A stretch of DNA of 64,000 nucleotides. Source: Aigarchaeota archaeon. GTDB taxonomy: Archaea; Thermoproteota; Nitrososphaeria_A; Caldarchaeales; Wolframiiraptoraceae. The translations under genes were made by a program, and so were the position numbers. The DNA lies in assembly GCA_025058515.1 (NCBI GenBank), contig JANXDW010000028.1, forward strand, positions 3,540-67,539. The letters run 5' to 3'. Below the pieces are notes generated by a model. It saw only the letters and a program-made list of their open reading frames with translations, was not told the origin of the DNA and did not search any database. This document shows positions 55,642-64,000 of the stretch, one piece after another (within the stretch, counting starts at the first letter, position 1; the number at the start of each line of letters is the position of its first letter).

Positions 55642-56169
55642 ATGGATTTTGAGAAGACAGTAACTAGATCGTTTAGGATAAGTGAGATAGCTTTAAAGAT
55701 ACTTCAAGAAGATGCTAGAAGATACAAGGTAAGTGTAAATACACTTGTAAATCAAGTCCTCCTCTCTTATGTAAACTTCGATAGATATGCAGAAAAACTT
55801 GGTGTAATAAAATTAATGACTTCAGCTTTTAAACATCTATTAGATGCGATTCCTGAAGAACTATTAATAAAAGCAAGTTATACAGCTGGTAAAGATACTT
55901 CAGAAACATTCATAATTGCGAAAGAAGGAACTTTATCGCTTGAAGCAGTGATAGATTATCTAAAGACCTTGGCAGAGTATGCAAACTTCTTTGAGTATAG
56001 TGAGGTTGTAAAAGAAGATGAGGTTATTATTACGCTAACACATCCTCTAGGTTTAAAAGGGTCTCTCTTCATAGCCCACTACATCCAACCAATATTTGAG
56101 AGAATAAGGATAGATGCTTACTACTCTCTAAGTGACCACGCTGTAGTAATTGAGTTAAAGAAGCAATAG
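55642..56169 (+). CDS. Ribbon-helix-helix (CopG/Arc-like) regulator with an uncharacterised C-terminal domain
   Basis: MDFEKTVTRSFRISEIALKILQEDARRYKVSVNTLVNQVLLSYV fits the strand-helix-helix pattern. ATG at 55642 is preferred over the track start at 55576. Confidence 0.6.
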   Translation: MDFEKTVTRSFRISEIALKILQEDARRYKVSVNTLVNQVLLSYVNFDRYAEKLGVIKLMTSAFKHLLDAIPEELLIKASYTAGKDTSETFIIAKEGTLSLEAVIDYLKTLAEYANFFEYSEVVKEDEVIITLTHPLGLKGSLFIAHYIQPIFERIRIDAYYSLSDHAVVIELKKQ

Positions 56170-56181
56170 CCTAACATATAG

Positions 56182-56195
56182 TCTAATGATTAAGA
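56182..56195. repeat. 14-nt motif TCTAATGATTAAGA, copy 2 (downstream of RHH gene, upstream of PepSY gene)
   Basis: Exact copy of 55584-55597. Confidence 0.5.
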
Positions 56196-56425
56196 TAGTG
56201 TGATTAGCTTCTAAATCAATTTGCATAATATACTTAATTTGTAGATGGTCTAGACTACCTGTATCCGAATAGCTACAGAGAACTACAAATGGTTATAGAA
56301 GATACATACCGCTTAAATACCTAGAAAATAGATGTAATGTAGATGTTTCTATGTTTAGGAAAAAAGAAGGGATTAAAGAGGTAAAACGCACAGTCACATT
56401 CCACATCTTAGCTGAAGGTGATAAT

Positions 56426-57166
56426 ATGATCCATATGAAAAATTCTCATCTTTTTACGTTTGGACTAGTTCTCCTAGTAGTAATCGGTGTAATAGGCTTC
56501 TCAACAAATTCTGCAGCCGCTTCATCAGAGAATACCTCCATAGCTTCAAGTAATTGGATATATGAGTATCCAATACAGATGCAGTGGAGTAGGTGGTACA
56601 GTAGTGGAGGAGGATGCCCAATGTGGAGTGGTTGGTGGTATCCGGCAAGTGGTGTTCAAAGGCTTAACATAGATGAGGTTAAATCGAGATTGAGTTTATA
56701 CATCTCCAGCATAGGTCAAGGCTTCTTTATTAAAGAGATAATGGAGTTTACGAATAACTTCTACGCTATTGTAATCGAAGAAGATACGGGTATGGGAGCT
56801 TTCGAAGTTCTTGTAAACCCGTACACTGGACAGATAATGCCTGAGCCAGGACCCAATATGATGTGGAACATAAAATATGGAATGCATTCTAGGATGTGGT
56901 ATATGATGAGTCCTAGAGCTATTATAAATCCAGCTACCCTAGTTACAGAAGATGAGGCAATGCAGATAGCATTCGAGTATCTTTCACGTATCTACTCTGG
57001 AAGCATAGAAGTAGAAGAACCGACAAAATTCTACGGCTACTATACAATGGATTACAAGCTCGATGGGCGGATACATGGAATGTTAAGTGTCAACCAGTTT
57101 ACAGGAGCTGTATGGTACCATTCTTGGCATGGCGACTTCATCCAAGAAATAGAATTAATTAAATAA
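56426..57166 (+). CDS. Secreted/membrane-anchored protein with two PepSY-like repeats
   Basis: Signal/TM LFTFGLVLLVVIGVIGF. Two modules end in FYAIVIEEDTGMGAFEVLVNPYTGQI and YYTMDYKLDGRIHGMLSVNQFTGAVWY, the PepSY-like pattern. Trp/Met-rich linker. Confidence 0.55.
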   Translation: MIHMKNSHLFTFGLVLLVVIGVIGFSTNSAAASSENTSIASSNWIYEYPIQMQWSRWYSSGGGCPMWSGWWYPASGVQRLNIDEVKSRLSLYISSIGQGFFIKEIMEFTNNFYAIVIEEDTGMGAFEVLVNPYTGQIMPEPGPNMMWNIKYGMHSRMWYMMSPRAIINPATLVTEDEAMQIAFEYLSRIYSGSIEVEEPTKFYGYYTMDYKLDGRIHGMLSVNQFTGAVWYHSWHGDFIQEIELIK

Positions 57167-57339
57167 ACAAGCTAGAGACAAGATTGGACCATCCTTTTTA
57201 TAGTAAATATAAATAAAACTTTGAAAGAACGTCGATTTCAAGCCTCGTAAATAAAAATATTTATCTCTATTTGAAATAGTTGGCTTTTTTATATATGGAA
57301 TGATTTATATTTTACGTTTATAACATAGTTATATTGGTT

Positions 57340-58578
57340 ATGAGGAAGGTTTCCGAGTTTTTAATAGAACATGGTAAACCATCTAGAGAGGTCTACTTAG
57401 ACCATGAGAACTCTGGATGGGTTCCACCAGAAGTAGTTAATGAGATGCTTCCATACTTTAATCAAAAAGGTTATGGTCACCCATCTATTACGAATAGACC
57501 TGGATGGGAAGCGTACGAGGTATTAGAATCTACTCTTGAACTAGTAGGTAGAACACTCAATGTAAGCGATGGTGAACTCATAATAACTCACAGTGGTACA
57601 GAGTCAAATAATCTAGCCATTAAAGGTGCAGCATTAGCTAGAACTGACAAGGAGAGATACAAGATAATAGTATCAGCTATAGAACATCCTAGCGTGATCT
57701 TTCCAGCTAGAACATTAGAAGAACATGGTTTCAAACTTGTAACAATACCTGTAGATAATGAAGGATTTGTAGATCCTGAGATGCTTGAAGCATTAATAGA
57801 TGAGAAGACCTTTATGGTTAGTATTCAAGCAGTCAACCATGAGATTGGAACTATACAAAACTTAGAAGAGCTAGTTAAGATAGTAAAAGAAAGAGATGAG
57901 AAGATAATCTTCCACACAGATGCTTCAGATGCATATGCTAGGATACCTCTAGATGTTAAGAAGCTTGGGATAGATATGATGACTATCAGCAGTCATAAGA
58001 TCCATGGACCTAAAGGCGTAGGTCTACTGTATGTAGATAAAAAAATTAAGATAAAATCTATCCTAGATGGAGCATTGAGCACTCAGAGATTTTGGCCAGG
58101 AGTTGAGAATGTACCAGCATTAGCTGGCTTCAGGAAAGCAGTAGAATTAGCTTTTACAGATTTTGAGAAAATTGTAGAGAGAATGAAGGTCTTGAGAGAT
58201 AGATTGATAGATGGGATAATTGAAAAAGTCCCCGATGTTCTTTTAAATGGTCCAAGAGGTGAGAAGAGAGCCCCAGACAATGTCAACGTCAGTTTTCTCC
58301 ATGTTGAAGGAGAGTCTATAACAATTGAACTCAGTACTAGAGGAGTATACGTCTCAAGTGGTAGTGCGTGCACTAGTAGAGTGCTAGAACCAAGCCATGT
58401 TATCTTAGCCATAGGTAGAAGATATGAAGAAGCACATGGTAGCATACTCTTCAAGATATCCCGTTACCATACTGAAGGAGATATAGAATATGCATTAAGT
58501 CAGATACCTCCTGCAATTCAGAGACTTAGAACTATCAGTCCACTAGGTAGAGAGATCATGGAGGAGGCGGTAGATTAA
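57340..58578 (+). CDS. iscS: Class I cysteine desulfurase (NifS/IscS type)
   Basis: PLP-lysine motif SSHKIHGPKGVG and active-site loop SSGSACTS. Confidence 0.9.
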   Translation: MRKVSEFLIEHGKPSREVYLDHENSGWVPPEVVNEMLPYFNQKGYGHPSITNRPGWEAYEVLESTLELVGRTLNVSDGELIITHSGTESNNLAIKGAALARTDKERYKIIVSAIEHPSVIFPARTLEEHGFKLVTIPVDNEGFVDPEMLEALIDEKTFMVSIQAVNHEIGTIQNLEELVKIVKERDEKIIFHTDASDAYARIPLDVKKLGIDMMTISSHKIHGPKGVGLLYVDKKIKIKSILDGALSTQRFWPGVENVPALAGFRKAVELAFTDFEKIVERMKVLRDRLIDGIIEKVPDVLLNGPRGEKRAPDNVNVSFLHVEGESITIELSTRGVYVSSGSACTSRVLEPSHVILAIGRRYEEAHGSILFKISRYHTEGDIEYALSQIPPAIQRLRTISPLGREIMEEAVD

Positions 58579-59075
58579 TGAGTACTAGGACACCTCTAAT
58601 CTATTCTCCAAAAGTCTTAGAAATATTTAGAAACCCTAAGAATCTAGGAGCGATGCAAGATGCGAGTGTAGTATCTCAAGCTGGGAGCCCTGCATGTGGA
58701 GATGTAATAAGAATATACTTGAAGATAGAAGATGGAAAGATCTTAGATGCATCTTTCGAGAGCTATGGGTGTGCTGCCAACATAGCTGCTGCAAGCATTT
58801 TAACAGAGATGGTTAAAGGGAAGACATTGAAGGAAGCATGGATGATATCATGGGAGGAAGTAGCGGAAGAGCTTGGAGGTCTCCCCGCAATAAAATACCA
58901 TTGCAGTATATTAGCTGTCGGAGGGTTAAAGAGAGCTATAAGAAAATATATCGATGAGACTAGGAGAGAGCGTCCAGACTGGTTACCTGTAGATTTGAGT
59001 AAAGAGGAGAGACAAGCTTTAGAGGAGGAAGAATTGATAGAGAAGATGTATAAGAAGCATGGTAGAGCGCCATGA
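58578..59075 (+). CDS. iscU: IscU/NifU-like Fe-S scaffold with charged C-terminal extension
   Basis: Three conserved Cys contexts: PACGDVIRIYL, SYGCAANIAA, KYHCSILA. The start overlaps the desulfurase stop (TAATG). Confidence 0.9.
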   Translation: MSTRTPLIYSPKVLEIFRNPKNLGAMQDASVVSQAGSPACGDVIRIYLKIEDGKILDASFESYGCAANIAAASILTEMVKGKTLKEAWMISWEEVAEELGGLPAIKYHCSILAVGGLKRAIRKYIDETRRERPDWLPVDLSKEERQALEEEELIEKMYKKHGRAP

Positions 59076-59311
59076 GTGATGTGTATTTTATAGATCTTAC
59101 AGAGAAGAAGCCTGGATGTACTGAGAATCCAGTGATTAGGTTAACCCAACTATTATCAAGAGTAGAAGAAGGTCGAGGAATTCTAAGAGTAACTTCAGAT
59201 GAAAGAGAGATACCGTTGAAAGTTCTTGAAAAACTTGCAAATAAGAGAAATCTAAAACTCGAAGTAGTTGAAAGAGATGGGACCAAGATAACTGTTACAT
59301 ATTCTAAGTAA
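59072..59311 (+). CDS. Small TusA-fold-like protein with noncanonical Cys motif
   Basis: The 79 aa align by eye to TusA (IDLTEKKPGCTENPVIRLTQLL...GILRVTSDE), with GCTENP in place of CPxP. The ATG overlaps the iscU stop (ATGA). Confidence 0.45.
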   Translation: MSDVYFIDLTEKKPGCTENPVIRLTQLLSRVEEGRGILRVTSDEREIPLKVLEKLANKRNLKLEVVERDGTKITVTYSK

Positions 59312-59361
59312 AGTATCCTAAAAATATTATTATACTCTGAGTTCGCAATTATCATGAGAGG

Positions 59362-60588
59362 ATGTCGTTTCTAAAAGTTGAAGAGATCCGTAAAGATTTC
59401 CCAATATTAGAAGAGAAGATTAGAGATAGGAAACTTGTCTATCTAGATAGTGCTGCATCCTCCCTTAAACCAGTACAAGTCGTTGAAGTAGTGAAAAAAT
59501 TCGAACTATATGAATACAGTAACATCCATAGAGGAGTTTATACTCTTAGCCAGAAAGCGACTCAAAAATATGAAGAGGCTAGAGAAAAAATCTGCAAGTT
59601 TATTAATGCTAACAGTCTAGAGGAGGTGATCTTCACTTACGGTACTACTGACGCCTTAAATATAATTGCATATACTTACGGTCTAAAACACTTACAGAAA
59701 GATGATGAAGTACTCTTAACCATCTTTGAACATCATAGCAATATACTTCCATGGAGAGCGGTCGCATCTATGAAAGGAGCTAGAATAAAGTATGTAGATA
59801 TATTGGATGATGGGAGATTAGACTACTCTGACTTTGAAGAAAAATTGAGTGAGAAGACGAAGATAGTCTCGATAGCTCAAACATCAAACACTCTTGGAAC
59901 ACTCGTCGATGTTAAGAAGATAGCTAAGAGAGTTCATGAAGTAGGCGGGGTAGTAGTTATTGATGGCGCTCAATCAGTACCCCACCTCCCAGTAGATGTC
60001 CAAGATCTAGGAATAGATTTTCTAGCATTTAGTGGTCACAAGATGCTTGGTCCAACGGGCATAGGAGTATTATGGGTTAAACGAGATCTAGTTGATGATA
60101 TACCTCCACTTCGTCTAGGTGGTGGAGCTATAAGAGATGTTGAACTAGATCGGTTTACGTTACTTGATCCTCCTCATAGATTCGAGGCAGGTACTCCAAA
60201 TATTTCAGGAGCTATAGGTCTCGGAGCAGCAGTAGAATACTTGATGAAGATAGGTATTTCGAATGTTAAGAGACATGAAGAAGAATTAATGAAGTATACA
60301 TTTAAGAGATTTGAAGAATTTGGGGATTCCATAATAGTTTATGGTCCTAAAGATGTTTCTGAGAGAAGTGGGATAATGTTGTTTAACGTAGAAGGTATGG
60401 ATCCAAATATCGTTGGAAGTCTACTCGACAGCTATGGGATAGCTGTAAGATCAGGTAAACACTGTGCCCACCTCCTATACAGAAGACTTAAATTAGATGG
60501 AGCTGTTAGAGCAAGCTACTACATATACAATAATGTAGATGATGTAGAGATTTTTGCTTCTGCTCTAGAAGAGATTATAAAAACATAG
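59362..60588 (+). CDS. sufS: Class II cysteine desulfurase (SufS/CsdA type)
   Basis: FSGHKMLGPTGIGVL PLP-lysine motif and RSGKHCAH active-site Cys loop. Confidence 0.9.
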   Translation: MSFLKVEEIRKDFPILEEKIRDRKLVYLDSAASSLKPVQVVEVVKKFELYEYSNIHRGVYTLSQKATQKYEEAREKICKFINANSLEEVIFTYGTTDALNIIAYTYGLKHLQKDDEVLLTIFEHHSNILPWRAVASMKGARIKYVDILDDGRLDYSDFEEKLSEKTKIVSIAQTSNTLGTLVDVKKIAKRVHEVGGVVVIDGAQSVPHLPVDVQDLGIDFLAFSGHKMLGPTGIGVLWVKRDLVDDIPPLRLGGGAIRDVELDRFTLLDPPHRFEAGTPNISGAIGLGAAVEYLMKIGISNVKRHEEELMKYTFKRFEEFGDSIIVYGPKDVSERSGIMLFNVEGMDPNIVGSLLDSYGIAVRSGKHCAHLLYRRLKLDGAVRASYYIYNNVDDVEIFASALEEIIKT

Positions 60589-60675
60589 GCGGTTAATGTA
60601 TCTATCAATAAACTCTACCCTATCTAAGTATATGTAATCTAGTATTTTTCAGAATTCTTTTAACATTATTCTAGA

Positions 60676-61659
60676 TTACTCAGTATTGATGTGGAACCAC
60701 TTTACATCTACTTCATCTATCCTATATCTTGGTCTAACTCTACTCTCCTCTACAGATACAACTTGTCCTGTTAGAAGTTGTAATGCTCCAGTCCATGCTA
60801 TCATCGCTCCATTATCTCCAGCATATGCATCTGGGACGACGTAAGCTTTAGCATCGTGTAGCTTTACCATCTCATCCATCATCTTCCTCAGCCTCTTACT
60901 TCTAGATAGCCCCCCAACTATCAGAACCTCCTTCTTCTCTGTAAATGCTAAAGCTCTCTCAGTTACCTCTGTCAACATACTGTAGACAGTCTCCACTAAA
61001 CTGTAACAGATATCTTCCAATCTAACCCCTTCTTTCACAAGTTTTAAAGCAGCTGTAAGTATACCTGAGAAAGAGACATCCATACCCTTTACCTTGTATG
61101 GTAATGGATAGAACTTCTCTCCATAACTTGCTCTTATCTCTGGGTTAGGCATAGACCCGATACCCATCTTTATCCCGAACACGTCTAAGCAGTTTCCAGC
61201 AGCAATATCGAGGGTCTCTCCAAAGATCCTATATCTACCATCTTGATAAGAAGTGATTAGAGTGTTCCCACCTGCAACATACAATACCACTGGGTCTCTA
61301 CATCCAGTAGTCAGTCTACCTATCTCTATGTGAGCCACCCCATGATTAACAGCTATTAATGGAACTCTAAGTTTTAGAGATAGAGCTCTAGCGACTGTTG
61401 CACCGACCCTTAGACATGGCCCCATCCCCGGTCCAGCTGAGAAAGCTACTCCACCTATCTCTGAAAGAGATATATTAGAAGATTGGATTGCTCTCTTAAT
61501 CGTATCTGGAGCAACTAGAGCATGGTGTTGAGCAGCTTCTCTCGGATGGATCCCTCCAGACTTCGGAGTATAGATCTCGTAAATATTCGCTAATATCTTA
61601 CCAGATGTTGTAGCTAAACCGACCCCGAATGTATGAGCAGTAGATTCTATGCCGAGCAC
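60676..61659 (-). CDS. kae1: tRNA N6-adenosine threonylcarbamoyltransferase Kae1 (stand-alone, no Bud32 fusion)
   Basis: LGIESTAHTFGVGL and VNHGVAHIE motifs. GTG at 61659 gives the family-typical N-terminus MLGIEST; the track start is 61701. Confidence 0.85.
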   Translation of the reverse strand: MLGIESTAHTFGVGLATTSGKILANIYEIYTPKSGGIHPREAAQHHALVAPDTIKRAIQSSNISLSEIGGVAFSAGPGMGPCLRVGATVARALSLKLRVPLIAVNHGVAHIEIGRLTTGCRDPVVLYVAGGNTLITSYQDGRYRIFGETLDIAAGNCLDVFGIKMGIGSMPNPEIRASYGEKFYPLPYKVKGMDVSFSGILTAALKLVKEGVRLEDICYSLVETVYSMLTEVTERALAFTEKKEVLIVGGLSRSKRLRKMMDEMVKLHDAKAYVVPDAYAGDNGAMIAWTGALQLLTGQVVSVEESRVRPRYRIDEVDVKWFHINTE

Positions 61660-61773
61660 AACCTTCTCTTCTCTACTCAACCTTAACCAACTGATAAACA
61701 CCGAATCTTGAATATTAAAATAATTTATATTCTCGATTGGGTAAAATAGACTAGATGCGGAGGCTGTTTAAGA

Positions 61774-62781
61774 TTGTTTATTACTGATTGTTATGGAAGA
61801 CCTGTAAGAGGTGTTAGGATCTCTGTAAATCCAAGTTACAATTGTAATTTTAGATGTATTTTCTGTCATATGGAGGGTGTTGAAAGAAGGTCAAGTGTAA
61901 TTATGTCTCCTATAGAGATTGAAAAGATCGTTAAGATTATGAAGAATTACGGTGTAGATAAGGTTAAGTTAACTGGTGGAGAACCTATGCTCCGTAGAGA
62001 TATCTTAGAGATCGTAGAACGTCTAGGTAAGCTTGAGTTAAGAGATCTTAGCATGACTACTAATGGTACGCGGATGGTGTCTATGGCCAAGAAGTTGAAG
62101 AAAGCTGGATTGATGAGAGTTAATATCAGCTTGCACACAGTAAACAAGGATAAATATTGTTGGATTACTGGAACGCAGAATAAGAAAAGTGGGAGAACCA
62201 GATACGACTATCTCGTGGATGCTATAAGAGCTGCAATAGAAGCTGGCTTGAACCCTGTAAAACTCAACGTAGTAGTTATGAAGAATGTAAACGATGATGA
62301 GATACAAGATCTCATAAACTTCACTTCAGAATTCGGTGACAAGGTCATTCTACAATTGATAGAACTTGTTGAAGAAGGATTTGCAGATAGAGACTTCTAT
62401 GTAAAATACTATTACAATCTAAAAGAGATTGAAGAAAGATTTGAGAAAGAAGCCGTAAAGATCATTACTAGACCTCTCCAAATGAGAAAACAGTACTTAT
62501 TACCGAACGGTGTATGGGTTGAGATAGTTAAGCCAAACAATAATTATGAGTTCTGTATGAACGACGATAGAATAAGAATAACTCATGATGGAAAATTTAA
62601 ACCCTGTTTAATGAGAGAAGACAACTTAGTAGATTTTCTAACACCGATGAGGAGTGGAGCATCAGAAGAAGAAATTGAAGAGATATTTAGAAAAGCGGTT
62701 AAACTAAGAGAACCATTTTATAAACCATCTAACATCAAGCCTTCCAGTGATATGTCTATCATGTATAAAGAGGTAGCATAG
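61774..62781 (+). CDS. moaA: GTP 3',8-cyclase MoaA (radical SAM, molybdopterin/tungstopterin biosynthesis)
   Basis: DCYGRPVRGVRISVNPSYNCNFRCIFCH (CxxxCxxC) and KLTGGEPMLRRDI. TTG start. Confidence 0.85.
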   Translation: MFITDCYGRPVRGVRISVNPSYNCNFRCIFCHMEGVERRSSVIMSPIEIEKIVKIMKNYGVDKVKLTGGEPMLRRDILEIVERLGKLELRDLSMTTNGTRMVSMAKKLKKAGLMRVNISLHTVNKDKYCWITGTQNKKSGRTRYDYLVDAIRAAIEAGLNPVKLNVVVMKNVNDDEIQDLINFTSEFGDKVILQLIELVEEGFADRDFYVKYYYNLKEIEERFEKEAVKIITRPLQMRKQYLLPNGVWVEIVKPNNNYEFCMNDDRIRITHDGKFKPCLMREDNLVDFLTPMRSGASEEEIEEIFRKAVKLREPFYKPSNIKPSSDMSIMYKEVA

Positions 62782-62890
62782 AGGAAACATCTAAAAATAG
62801 GAACATTGTCTTATTCATGAATATTTTTCTAGAGATGGAGGATAACAGTTTTTAACATAGTTTAAAGAAGTTATCATGGAGGATGGATAG

Positions 62891-64000
62891 TTGAGCACGA
62901 GATTACGTCAACCGATAGTAGCGGTATTAGGTCATGTAGACCACGGTAAGACTTCTCTACTCGATAAGATGAGAGGGACTATAGTAGCAGTAAGAGAAGC
63001 TGGAGGAATTACTCAGCACATAGGTGCAAGCCTCTTTCCTCTAGAAGCTGTAGTAGAAACTTGTAAAGCACTCCTAGGAGAAATAAAGATTGAGAAACTC
63101 AAAGTCCCAGGATTGCTGTTTATCGATACTCCTGGTCATGCTGCTTTTGCAAATTTGAGGAAGAGAGGAGGGTCGGTCGCTGACTTAGCTATCCTAGTCG
63201 TAGATATAATCAATGGTGTTCAAGAACAGACTCGAGAATCAATCCAGCTTCTAAAATCTCGGCGTACCCCCTTCGTTGTTGCAGCCAATAAGATCGATCT
63301 TATCATGGGTTGGAAACCAAGCGGGGTCACACCATTCAGTAAAGCATTCGAATCTCAGAGTAGAATAGCTCAAGAAGAATTAGAGAAGAGAATCTATAAC
63401 TTAATAGGTGAATTATCCTTCTTCGGGTTTAAAGCCGACCTCTATACTAGAATAAAAGACTTTACCAAGACTCTTGCAATAATCCCAGTGAGTGCTAAGA
63501 CTGGAGAAGGTATACCAGATCTACTGCTCGTTCTCCTAGGGTTAGCCCAATCATTTATGCAAGAACGGCTACTGATATCTTCAGCTGTTGGAGAAGGCGT
63601 AGTACTAGAAGTTATGGAAGAAAGCGGTATCGGACATACTGTAAACGTTATCTTAAGCGATGGTATCCTAAAAGTCGGAGATAGAATTGGTTTAATGGGT
63701 ATAGATGGACCGTTCTCGACACGTGTTAAAGCTCTACTCATGCCTAAGCCTCTCGATGAGATGAGAGATCCTAGAGATAGATTTAAGAGGGTAGATGAAG
63801 TTGAAGCAGCTGTAGGTGTTAAAGTCGTTGCTGAAGGTTTAGAGAAATGCTTAGCAGGTTCACCTCTCTACGTAATTCCATCGCAAGATATGGAGAGCGA
63901 GATCCTTGAGAAGATAAAGAATGAGATTGGAGAGTTCATGATAACTACGGATAAGATTGGTTTGGTCTTGAAAGCTGATACTCTAGGCTCACTAGAAGCA
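62891..64000 (+). CDS. infB: Translation initiation factor aIF5B (IF-2), 5' part; continues beyond window
   Basis: TTG start, then STRLRQPIVAVLGHVDHGKTSLLDKMRGT (G1), DTPGH (G3), NKID (G4). The frame is open to position 64000, so it is absent from the ORF track. Confidence 0.9.
   Translation, partial: MSTRLRQPIVAVLGHVDHGKTSLLDKMRGTIVAVREAGGITQHIGASLFPLEAVVETCKALLGEIKIEKLKVPGLLFIDTPGHAAFANLRKRGGSVADLAILVVDIINGVQEQTRESIQLLKSRRTPFVVAANKIDLIMGWKPSGVTPFSKAFESQSRIAQEELEKRIYNLIGELSFFGFKADLYTRIKDFTKTLAIIPVSAKTGEGIPDLLLVLLGLAQSFMQERLLISSAVGEGVVLEVMEESGIGHTVNVILSDGILKVGDRIGLMGIDGPFSTRVKALLMPKPLDEMRDPRDRFKRVDEVEAAVGVKVVAEGLEKCLAGSPLYVIPSQDMESEILEKIKNEIGEFMITTDKIGLVLKADTLGSLEA

Noticed and set aside
1-64000. 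Search for transposases, integrases, rRNA genes, CRISPR arrays and toxin-antitoxin pairs
   Set aside because: No ORF showed DDE/HUH/tyrosine-recombinase, PIN or Cas-like motifs. No spaced repeat array or rRNA-like segment was seen, so none is reported.

Overview
Low-GC archaeal chromosomal segment that looks Thermoproteota/Crenarchaeota-like. The markers are Alba, Kae1, aIF5B, an AEP primase, an intron-containing tRNA, a presenilin homologue, and Thr/Pro-linker-anchored binding proteins. Left to right: tail of a sugar ABC permease; Opp/Dpp-class ABC operon 1 followed by a GH127 enzyme; a GH31 enzyme divergent from Opp/Dpp-class operon 2; a co-directional island of racemase, HyuA/HyuB, glycyl-radical enzyme and activase; rubrerythrin, tRNA(CAU) with intron, RpiA; Opp/Dpp-class operon 3 on the minus strand. 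A housekeeping block follows: presenilin-like protease, Trm112-like, Alba, NAD(P)HX repair genes, prepilin peptidase, KaiC-like ATPase, AEP primase, B3/B4 protein, PRTase. Then come a permuted SPPY methyltransferase translationally coupled to an unrecognisable 370-aa protein, and an aldehyde:ferredoxin oxidoreductase. The sulfur block has E1-like, MoaD-like, ThrC-like and OPSS/CysM-like genes divergent from sulfite reductase plus TusA, then a hidden YHS peptide, an RHH regulator, a PepSY protein and NifS-IscU-TusA-like-SufS. The window ends with Kae1, MoaA and the 5' part of aIF5B. I recognised no rRNA, CRISPR array, transposase or integrase. Best candidates for something undescribed: (1) the sulfur-carrier-protein cluster with two PLP enzymes next to sulfite reductase; (2) the racemase-HyuAB-glycyl-radical-enzyme island; (3) the methyltransferase plus orphan 370-aa pair; (4) three conserved genes whose start codon sits one nucleotide out of frame with the conserved ORF. 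All functional calls come from motif recognition by eye on the supplied translations. No database search was run, and start codons are often uncertain.
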